NCBI GenBank assembly: GCA_964016885.1
Contig: OZ024742.1
Location: forward strand, 76,942,001-77,006,000
Direction: 5' to 3'
Origin: Eledone cirrhosa
Taxonomy: Eukaryota
Length of the DNA: 64,000 bases
The notes beneath the pieces were generated by a model that saw only the letters and a list, made by a program, of their open reading frames with translations, ran no database searches and was not told the origin of the DNA. This document shows, one piece after another, positions 54,070-64,000 of this stretch. The stretch's first letter is position 1, and each line of letters starts with the position of its first letter. Made by a program: the position numbers and the translations under genes.

Positions 54070-55340
54070 TGAGGCAACTTCGTGGCGTTCACCAGCGTCG
54101 TAGGGCGTTGGACAGACGGACCGTTGAAGTTGCTCGGGGTCTGATTCGATCCAGACCTCCAGGTGGATAAGCACTGGGACGAGGTGATGAAGAGAGTGGC
54201 TAATCGCACTCATAAATGTGCTGAGAGGAAGCTATCCATAAGAGGTCGGGTGGTAATGGCGAACGAGCATATCGTCTCCGTTATATATTACCGTCTGACC
54301 GTCGTGCATGGATTGGCAGTATCGGTAGAGGGTCGGACGCCATGCTTTCCAGCATAGTTACGTCCCTTTATGATCTGAGTTCAAATCCCGCCGAGGTTAA
54401 CTTTGCCTTTCATCCTTACGGGGTCGATAAAATAAAGTACCAATAATGCACTGGGATAATTGCTGGCCATGTGCCTCAAGTAGAAACAATTATTACCATT
54501 AGGATCTCATCAAATTGGAAATTATGCTTTGCATCTTTTTCTGGTACAGGTTCCATTGGTGATGTGGTTCATTTGCTGCCATAATCCTCTACGCGGATGG
54601 CTGAGCATGCCGTGGTTGACGATGCACAATCATATGCTAAGGATACGACATCTTCACATATTCTTAAACGGTGAACACGCGTGGTCGCCGTTTGTGAGAA
54701 AGGCCTTTCTGCAGCTCGTTTTTGAATTAGCTGCTGTCCTGGGTCAAGAGGAGACCGAGACTGGGAACCTAGATTGTTGAAAGTTGTTAGAGCCAATTCT
54801 TGAAACAAGCGGGCAGTACAGTCAGTGGAAATTCCACTTTTGAGTTCTATAGAGGATTAGTGGCGGAGAAGTGCGACGACGCTCTCGCAAAAGCTCTGTG
54901 GTGGATGAAATCGGTCGGATCAGTCTGTTCCTGAAAGGATTAAGGACAGGCACCTTTCTCTTCTACCAATCCCTCATCAACTTTTTCAAGTGTCACTTGG
55001 AAGGAAGGTAAGGATGGAGAAGGAAGTGCCCCCCCCCCAGTATGTTTGCTAAACGGTGGGTGAATTTTACAAGACTGGCCCGTGTGAATGCAGCTGTTGG
55101 TTGGTTTATTTGAAAAGGAGAGAAGTGCCCTCCACGGGTTTTCTTGTAGAGTCGGGTTGTTCTGGAAATGGTGGTGTTTGTGAGTCGTCCCTGGTTGGTT
55201 ATTCCTCCTATTTGGTAATTTGTATTGTTGTAATTTGTATTGCTTAGTGTTATGTTATATATTGTTCATACGATTCTTTGTAAAAGCCCCACTGTCCCTC
55301 TCTGTCATCCTCACAGGGTCCATCAAATACCTTTCTAATA
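54070..55340 (+). mobile_element. L1/Tx1-clade LINE 3' fragment, interrupted by a SINE
   Basis: WTDGPLKLLGV...RKLSIRGRVVMAN..I.SVIYY, then P..GWLSMP; degraded C-terminus and 3' UTR. Confidence 0.75.
54310..54497 (+). mobile_element. Octopus tRNA-derived SINE
   Basis: TGGCAGTATCGG A box, GAGTTCAAATCCC B box, and TTTGCCTTTCATCC..GGGGTCGATAAAATAAAGTACC typical of the abundant octopus SINE. Confidence 0.85.
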
Positions 55341-56153
55341 ATGCACTCACAATGTAAAACAAATTTCCCTCCATTTCTAGCCATGTGCCAAACGTGCAAA
55401 AAGATCTCCTACAGATTTTGTCACAGAACAGACTCAATGTATAGGCCTATACATTTTCGTCTGCTAAAGCTTCGAGGAATTTCAAAAATAGCACCTGCAT
55501 AAGATGAGACACGTATGGCTGTTAGTGGGGTTAATGAAGCTACCACTTTTGCCAATATAACACAACAAAAATCAATAATGAGACAGTGGGCTGGCAAAAT
55601 CGAATGGCATTTCAACGGCCACAGAAAATAGCTGACATTGCACCAATAAGGTCTACGGGAGTGACTACAGCAGCGGTTACTACGACCATGACGACTTTGA
55701 CAGTGGCTTCCAAGAAAACAACGATGGCTACAACACGTATCAACAGTAAGAACAACAATTATAAGGACAACGGCGATACGACCACAACCTTCAAGAATCA
55801 CCTTTGGCTCAGCCTATTATACTTTGTTAAAATTGTGGTTGATATGAAAGATGTTACGGGAAACCATTCCCTTAATTCCCACAATAAATCAATATTCTCT
55901 CGGACACAATAATAGTTTCAACAGCCTATTGAAAATATATATAACCAGAACTACGTTATTTGTATTAAATACTATAGGGCAGCATATTTCTATCCACTTA
56001 TCAAGCAATTGCACCTCATTCTAATTAATCTACTATGTTTTCAATGGCAATATTATTATAAAGTTTCAAGTATCCTTCGTTCAATTTCAAACCTACTTGG
56101 TGTATCAAAACGAATTTTTCTTTGACATTTATAATCCCTCCCTATCTATTTCG

Positions 56154-56291
<138 letters not shown>

Positions 56292-57021
56292 CGAAATAGA
56301 TGGGGAGAGATTATAAATGTCAAAGAAAAATTCGTGAAAATAACCAACAATTTCACCTAAAATGGGATATAATAGCGACTGCCCCCCCCATAATCCAATG
56401 GACAGGAATTTTGTAAATTATGTAATGTAGAATTATTTTGTATTATGAAATCCAAAAACATTTTATTAAATAACAGAATAGAGCGATCGTTATACTGTAA
56501 CCATCGCTTAAAATCTACATTTTCATATTATAAATACTACCAGGATTGAACGCCTGTCTCTATCCCCGTTTGATTGTCAAAATAGATATGAACATTCTTT
56601 ATTAGTCTTAATTCTATCAACTCTTCTATTATTTACCTTTTAATACAAACTGCTATAGATAAAATGAGATTTCTGATTTCTTGATTCAATTCCCTAGTGC
56701 AAATACCAGCTGACTACTAGCATTGATGTTATTTAGTAGCAATCGAAATCTCCCCTTCCCCAATTGACACTTTATGATTAATACTACTGCACCAAATGAC
56801 CAGCCCTGTCCACTGTCCAGTTGGTCAAGTAGAGATTAAAATCGGCACTCCCAAAATTCTTATTTAGATTTACTCATGGTATTCTCATTAAAAACCCATT
56901 ATATACTTGTTTAGCAGTAAATTATTTTACCATCTGTCATATTCTATCCCCTCTGTTCCTTCCTCTTTTACTAATATAAATACTTCAATTTTTCTGATTT
57001 TATCCAGTTTATCCAAAATCT

Positions 57022-57130
57022 CTGAAGAAGTGACAACTGATTATACATTTGCTATCGAATACTTGCTAACATTATATGATTACGCAAGCAGCGATACATA
57101 GGTATTCGGTCTGTTACAGAAACATATGTC
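57022..57130 (+). ncRNA. HHR-like motif with ~90 nt stem II (second copy 60144-60252)
   Basis: CTGAAGA, GTGACA/TGTTAC plus ACTGA/TCGGT extended stem, GAAA CATATG TC. No convincing stem I. Confidence 0.45.
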
Positions 57131-57344
57131 AATACCTAATAAATTCCTTTTTTAACAAAAGCAATTTCATTTTATATTCATCCTTTCTACATTTCTCCGG
57201 AATATAATTTATACTCGTTGAGCAAACCTGCACGTACGCTGTTCATCTCTAACGTAACGATATATTATCACTACATTATTGATAACCTGAAATTTTATTA
57301 ATCTCCTATACAGTTGAGCAACTAATTCAGCATACGCTTCTAAA

Positions 57345-59673
57345 ATGGAAAGGCACCAATTGGATATGTCGTTAAAAAACATACCTATTCAGGCAAAAAG
57401 GGAATATATTCTAGGTATGATACGAAGGACCAATGATTTTATTCGACGAATCAGATGGAAAACATTCCATTTTGACAAAAGCCGTATAAACCAAACATCG
57501 GATCTTAACAAGGATAAATTTGGATTTAAATCTTACAAGAACCCACCCTCAAACCCACTTTTGGATGCATTTGAACAAGACCTAATGGATATGATCATGG
57601 AGATCAAATTTACAAAACGTAAGAACAATAAACTACAGAATGACATCACGGCACTGCTCAATAATCTAAAAATCGCCAATGGAGTTATTGTTAGAGCAGA
57701 CAAAACATCAAACGTATATACCATGGATGTGGATACTTACAATAACTTCATCCGTAAGGAATTGCATAAAAAATACAGAAAAACTAATGAAGCCACACTT
57801 AAAAACATCAACAACTCGGCATGTGATATTGTTAAAAAACTTTGTATTGACGATAGAACGCAACCCTTAACACGAGCTATACCATCCTTCAACCTGAAGG
57901 ACCACAAGGTAAACTTCGATACTAACCCTAATATTAGACTTATATGCCCCTCTAAATCTGATATAGGTAAAATTAGCAAATATATACTAAACAGAATTAT
58001 CCCCCAAGTTAAGGTTAAAGTAGGGATTAAACTATGGGGTAACACTCATGAAGCAATAAGATGGTTTAACAACATTACTGATAAGAAAAAATCAAAATTT
58101 ATTCAGTTTGATATTGATGAATATTATTCCTCAATTTCACCTGATACTCTACATGAAGCTCTTTCATTCGCTAAGGATAATTCCGACCTTACGGATGCTG
58201 AAATTAAAATTATTATGGAAGCGAGAAAAACTATAGTTAAATTCGATAATAGCTACTGGGTTCGCAAAGATAGACCTTCTAATTTTGATATCACTATGGG
58301 TTCTAATGATTCGGCGGAAGTAACAGATCTTGTGGGAATTTATATCACCCACAGATTACAAGGAAAATTCAAGGATCTCCACGGTGGAATTTACCGTGAC
58401 GATGCGCTCCTATTAGTTAAGAATATGAATAACCAGAATTTAGAAAGGATGCGTAAAAATATCAGAAAACTTTTTAAAGAACTAGGATTAAATATTACAT
58501 TTGAATATAACCTCAAAGAGGTCAATTTCCTTGATGTTACTTTCAATCTCAATACAGATACGATTAAACCGTTCCATAAACTAAATGAGAACCTTAAATA
58601 TGTAAATACGAGTTCTAACCATCCACTCTCTATAATTAAATCCATCCCTAGAAATGTTTCTCTTAGAATCTCCCGCCTATCGTCCAACCAACAAACCTTC
58701 AAAGAACATGCCGAGTATTATGATGATGCACTTAGGAAAGCCGGTCACCTAGATAATATAGAGTATATAGTCAATGATCACCAAAACACCCAAAATAAAT
58801 CACATAGGAGTAGAAATAGCACAGAATCACCACCATACATACACTACCGCAATAGACACAATAATAGTCGCACACCACCAAACAGAAGGCGATGTAAGGA
58901 GTATATCTGGTACAACCCGGTCTATAACAAATCTATTAAAACCAATCTACCCTCAAAATTCTTTCGATTAGTTAGAAAACACTTTCCAACATCACATAAA
59001 TATAATAAAATCTTAAACCCTAACACCATCCGACTTTCATATTCAACCGCCCCTAATATTGAACAACATATAAAAATGCTTAACGCAAAACTGTTGTATA
59101 AACGCCTTCCAACACATAACAATACACGTAAAACATTAGCTATAACATCACAAAACAACAAACAACATCCTGTCCTACATAAGCAACCTCATCAACCCAT
59201 CCATGGCAATACAACAACGCAAAATAGTAATTGCAACTGTGTCCAACCAGGAATGTGTCCGTTGAACAATCAGTGTCTTGAACGCAACATCGTATACAAA
59301 TGTACTATCGAATCGGATAGACAGAAGTGGTACTATGTGGGATCTACAGCCACCTCCTTTAAATCACGCCTTTATAGACATCGTTATTCGATAAAACATG
59401 AAAACCAGCGTTATGTAACAACACTCGCAGACAAGGCTTGGCAGCTGCGTGAAAATAACCAACAATTTCACCTAAAATGGGATATAATAGCGACTGCCCC
59501 CCCCCCCCCCCCCATATTCCAATGGACAGGAATTTTGTAAATTATGTAATGTAGAATTATTTTGTATTATGAAATCCAAAAACATTTTATTAAATAACAG
59601 AATAGAGCGATCGTTATACTGTAACCATCGCTTAAAATCTACATTTTCATATTATAAATACTACCAGGATTGA
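57345..59673 (+). CDS. Full-length Hydra-type PLE RT + GIY-YIG protein, frameshifted at poly-C 59497-59513
   Basis: SLKNIP, FIRRIRW, ADKT, RLICPSKSDIG, FDI, YRDD, NFLDV, CNC-x5-C, YYVG, KSRLYRH. The C-terminus FCKLCNVE..LLN..CNH..QD* lies in the +1 frame and ends at 59673. Confidence 0.9.
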
Positions 59674-60412
59674 ACGCCTGTCTCTATCCCCGTTTGATTG
59701 TCAAAATAGATATGTACATTCTTTATTAGTCTTAATTCTATCAACTCTTCTATTATTTACCTTTTAATACATGCTATAGATAAAATGAGATTTCTGATTT
59801 CTTGATTCAATTCCCTAGTGCAAATACCAGCTGACTACTAGCATTGATGTTATTTAGTAGCAATCGAAATCTCCCCCTTCCCCAATTGACACTTTATGAT
59901 TAATACTACTGCACCAAATGACCAGCCCTGTCCACTGTCCAGTTGGTCAAGTAGAGATTAAAATCGGCACTCCCAAAATTCTTATTTAGATTTACTCATG
60001 GTATTCTCATTAAAAACCCATTATATACTTGTTTAGCAGTAAATTATTTTACCATCTGTCATATTCTATCCCCTCTGTTCCTTCCTCTTTTACTAATATA
60101 AATACTTCAATTTTTCTGATTTTATCCAGTTTATCCAAAATCTCTGAAGAAGTGACAACTGATTATACATTTGCTATCGAATACTTGCTAACATTATATG
60201 ATTACGCAAGCAGCGATACATAGGTATTCGGTCTGTTACAGAAACATATGTCAATACCTAATAAATTCCTTTTTTAACAAAAACACTTTCATTTTATATT
60301 CATCCTTTCTACATTTCTCCGGAATATAATTTATACTCGTTGAGCAAACCTGCACGTACGCTGTTCATCTCTAACGTAACGATATATTATCACTACATTA
60401 CTGATAACCTGA

Positions 60413-60510
<98 letters not shown>

Positions 60511-60514
60511 ATAT

Positions 60515-60680
60515 AAGAATCACAGAGAATAAAATCCAGAGGACTAGGTAAGGTTTGAATGTATATATATATATATACGTACATACAAACCCGTAGTGCA
60601 AATATTTATTATTAGTATAGATTAGGGTGTGAGCAGATATTGTTTGCTTAGACTTTTAATCTGTGCTATTAATAATAATA
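60515..60680 (-). mobile_element. Degraded mini-remnant of the 34104 family (tail + short inverted arm)
   Basis: 60515-60612 resembles 34104-34200; 60623-60675 resembles 34535-34589. Confidence 0.6.
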
Positions 60681-60894
60681 ATTGTTTCTTCTTTTGGCAC
60701 AAGGCCAGCAATTACCCAGTACATTACTGGTACTTTATTTTATCGACCCCGTAAGGATGAAAGGCAAAGTTAACCTCTAATAATAATAATAATGGTTTTT
60801 TATATAGACACAAGCCGATCAATTTTCGGGAAGGGGAAAGTCGATTAAATCGACCCCAGTGCGCGACCGTTACTTTATTTTATCGACCCCGTAA
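60681..60894 (-). mobile_element. Two octopus SINE 3' halves
   Basis: Reverse-complement matches to 54395-54497 (TACTTTATTTTATCGACCCCGTAA twice). Confidence 0.8.
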
Positions 60895-60904
60895 CACCAT
60901 CAAC

Positions 60905-61345
60905 AACAGCCAGAGTCGGTGATTGAGTGGAATTGTTATGGGATTTCAGGATATAGACAGAAAATAGAACACAATAAGCTTGGAGTGGTGGTTTTTAATA
61001 TGCAAAACAGATCGTGGCTGATTGTAAGTGTAGCTTGCCCTTTGACATGAGAGTGCTAGAAAAGGAGAACATTAACCGATACCAGGATTTAAAGTGAGAA
61101 TTAAAAGTTATTTGGTACTGTCATCATATCAAGGTCGTCCTGATGTGCATAGTACCACTAGTTACTATTTGGAAGAGTTTTCAAGGATGGTTAAAGAACA
61201 TTAATCCAGCCTCGTATTTTGGATCACTTTAAAAGACATGCTTGCTGGGAAGACCAAGAACCATCCAATACCTCCTGAATATCTGAGGCTGCAGGTAGCG
61301 GCTTGATGTTCATTTGAACAAACATTCCAGCTAAATAACATCAAC
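60905..61345 (+). mobile_element. R4/Dong-like LINE 3' fragment (restriction-like endonuclease)
   Basis: LLWDFRI*T..IEHNK..VV...IVSVACP.D..V.EKE...RYQDLK*EL..IW...VV, matching the PD-D-K RLE region; degraded. Confidence 0.7.
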
Positions 61346-61386
61346 GACTGTGACTCCAAGAAAATAATATATATACACACACACAA

Positions 61387-61486
<100 letters not shown>

Positions 61487-61787
61487 ATGAAAAGTGAATT
61501 AGTTGATTTGTGATCAAGTAATCCTATATATAACCGATGCCAAGCACACAATGGTATAAATATATATATATTTAACGATCGTTAAATAATGAACTTTTTT
61601 TGTTTAATATAAGGAACTGTTTCATTGTTTTATTCATTATTTTTTAAATATTTTATCTTGACTCTGTATTCCGTTTATCTTTCACTGAAAGTGATTTTTG
61701 AATGCATCTCTTCTTTCCATGATATCCGGATTACAGTGAGTTCTTCATACGGATTGGACACTACCGTAAACTTTTGGTAGATTTATC

Positions 61788-61840
<53 letters not shown>

Positions 61841-61843
<3 letters not shown>

Positions 61844-62248
61844 GAAGTTATATTTAATTTGTTGGGATACAACAAGCAAATATTTTTATAACTGATATAA
61901 AGCACTCAACAAGTTATTGGAATAAAAAATACAATATATTAACAAATGGAAACTATATTTATAAAACCATATTTATTTCATTATACATATTTCAAGGACA
62001 CCAAAGCAAATTATGGTGCGCTTTCATCAGATAAAATATGATATCGATCATGTCGGTTGGAAGGTCCGGGAGCTTCCAACCGACATGATCGCATTCTTTA
62101 AGGGTATGTCAATATTTGTTTATAAAACTGATCTATATCATATTTTATCTGATGAAAGCGCACCATAATTTGCGTTGGTGTCCTTGAAATAGGTATAATG
62201 AAATAAATATGGTTTTATAAATATAGTTTCCACTTGTTAATATATTGT
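61841..62248 (-). mobile_element. Palindromic PLE mini-element (two HHR arms, tail, junction hairpin)
   Basis: ~61932-62049 is the reverse complement of ~62129-62248. Tail 61841-61931; 19 bp hairpin at 62045-62091. Confidence 0.85.
62141..62205 (+). ncRNA. Type I hammerhead ribozyme (second copy 61972-62040, minus)
   Basis: Stem I TATTTTAT/ATGAAATA, CTGATGA, stem II GCACCA/TGGTGT, GAAA TAGGTA TA. Confidence 0.75.
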
Positions 62249-62294
62249 ATATATATATATATATAAATATATATATACAATATGTATATATATA

Positions 62295-62419
<125 letters not shown>

Positions 62420-63097
62420 GAATTCACAAGAATCAAAGCTATGTTCAAAACATTTATTCACTTACAATGGTTTCATCCAAACCTAGGCTTGGAGTCTTCG
62501 GACCATTTTTTAATGCTTGTACATATAATTGACCTCCTATCCAACGCAAGAGACATACAGATATATATATATATATTGATGTACAGTGGAGCGACATATA
62601 TCTACTACATTTGTATAGTAATTCAAATTTAAAATAAAAATTAAAATAAGGCTTCTTCTCGATGCGAAAATGGTGGTGGATGTGAAAACTATAACTTTCT
62701 TTTTCTTTTTCTGCACACATACTAATTTGATCTATACAAACAATATCGTCCCACTACAACCACCATAATACTCTTGCTTACACGCTTAAAGTGCTTGTAT
62801 TACATGTAATACCTTGCCACACAATACTCTTATATAAATGAGACACACGTGCATGCTCTATATATGACTAACGCATACACTATCTACTAGAACTGATTAT
62901 TGGACTATTCTCTTGCATTATCTGTGTTATCTACCGCATATATTTTGATTTTGATTTTGATTTCAAATTTGAATTACTATACAAATGTAGTATAGTATAA
63001 TATATGACGCTCCACTGTACATCAATATATATGTATATGTATCTGTATGTCTCTTGCGTTGGATAGGAGGTCAATTATCTGTACAACCATTAAACAA

Positions 63098-63144
63098 TAC
63101 TCCGAAGACACCAAGCCTAGGTTTGGATGAAACAATTGTAAGTG
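63098..63144 (+). ncRNA. Type I hammerhead ribozyme, CCGAAGA core (second copy 62459-62503, minus)
   Basis: TACT CCGAAGA..CCAAGC/GTTTGG..GAAA CAATTG TA AGTG, then AATAAA. Confidence 0.75.
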
Positions 63145-63367
63145 AATAAATGTTTTGAACATAGCTTTGATTCTTGTGAATTCTATATAACTGCTCTGTA
63201 GAACAACTGATATTCTTACATTGAGCTATTTATCTTACTGGTAATAATGTAGTAACAAATTACTGACCTTCCCTGTTTATAGTTTAAAATATACATAACT
63301 CTAAATAATATCCTTAATATTATTAACTGCTCCATACTCTTCAGCTGACATACTTTAAATTACCAGT

Positions 63368-64000
63368 ATGCTGATCAAAGACCAACTTCCTATGTCAACT
63401 AAGAACATACCAATACCATCCAAAGATGCATACGAAACATTATTGATCAATAGTGTCAACTCCTTTATCAATAGAGTGAGATGGAGGACATTCCATTATG
63501 ATAAAAACAGATCTAACAAAATTGATGATACTAACAAATTCGACTCCTTCGGCTTTAACACTTTTAGAAGCCCCCCTCACAACACACTATTAAACTCCTT
63601 TGAAAATGACCTAATAAAACTAGTTAAGAACATTAAATTCAATAAGCATCGTAATAGAAACAACACCTTCTTAAACAAACATAACTCCTCTATTAATGGA
63701 TTCAAAACAAGTAGTAAAATGATTGTGCATGCAGATAAAGCTAATAACATATACAGCCTAGATTATGATACATATAGAACATTTATATATAAAGAACTAC
63801 ACAGGAGCTATAAGAAAACTACTATTAAAAACCTAGAAGATATTAATTTGGAAGGCCGTAATATAGTGTCCAAATTGGGACTTCAGAGACATACACAAGC
63901 ATACACCCCTAACCCCCCTAGATTCTCTCTGAAGGACCATACGGAAGATTTCATTAGTAACCCTTCGATAAGATTAATCTGCCCTTCCACGTATGACATT
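63368..64000 (+). CDS. Hydra-type PLE protein, N-terminal 211 codons (open to window end)
   Basis: My translation: MLIKDQLPMSTKNIPIPSK...FINRVRWRTFH...ADKAN...NLEDINLEGRNIVSKLGLQRHTQ...LKDH..RLICPS. Homologous to the ORFs at 57345 and 22663. Confidence 0.9.
   Translation, partial: MLIKDQLPMSTKNIPIPSKDAYETLLINSVNSFINRVRWRTFHYDKNRSNKIDDTNKFDSFGFNTFRSPPHNTLLNSFENDLIKLVKNIKFNKHRNRNNTFLNKHNSSINGFKTSSKMIVHADKANNIYSLDYDTYRTFIYKELHRSYKKTTIKNLEDINLEGRNIVSKLGLQRHTQAYTPNPPRFSLKDHTEDFISNPSIRLICPSTYDI

Larger units (their letters stand above)
56333..60420 (+). mobile_element. Near full-length Hydra-type PLE with direct pLTRs
   Basis: Direct repeats 56333-57298 and 59448-60420 (~970 bp, nearly identical), each including the endonuclease C-terminus; full ORF between them; ends in (TA)n. 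Confidence 0.95.

Overview
AT-rich animal genomic DNA, almost certainly Octopus (characteristic octopus tRNA-SINEs and very dense (TA)n/(CA)n/(GA)n microsatellites). No host gene can be firmly supported; there are only two weak candidate terminal exons. The window is dominated by Penelope-like retroelements (PLEs, RT + C-terminal GIY-YIG) inserted in (TA)n tracts. These comprise six Hydra-clade-type copies (one near full-length with direct pLTRs), Neptune-type copies and about ten palindromic mini-remnants. Also present are a non-autonomous LTR element nested in a LINE, a Chapaev3-type DNA transposon with TTA TSD, and RTE, L1/Tx1 and R4/Dong LINE fragments. Reading the PLE 3' ends by eye gives about 20 hammerhead ribozyme (HHR)-like motifs, including a U3-A8 compensatory core variant in two families. 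It also shows a recurring 3' architecture: HHR, AATAAA, a fixed end point of the inverted 'short arm', a conserved RCTC-stem-bulge-GAGY hairpin, then a 60-95 nt tail. I do not recognise this hairpin module as described; it is the main candidate for new biology. All alignments and folds were done by eye and need computational confirmation.
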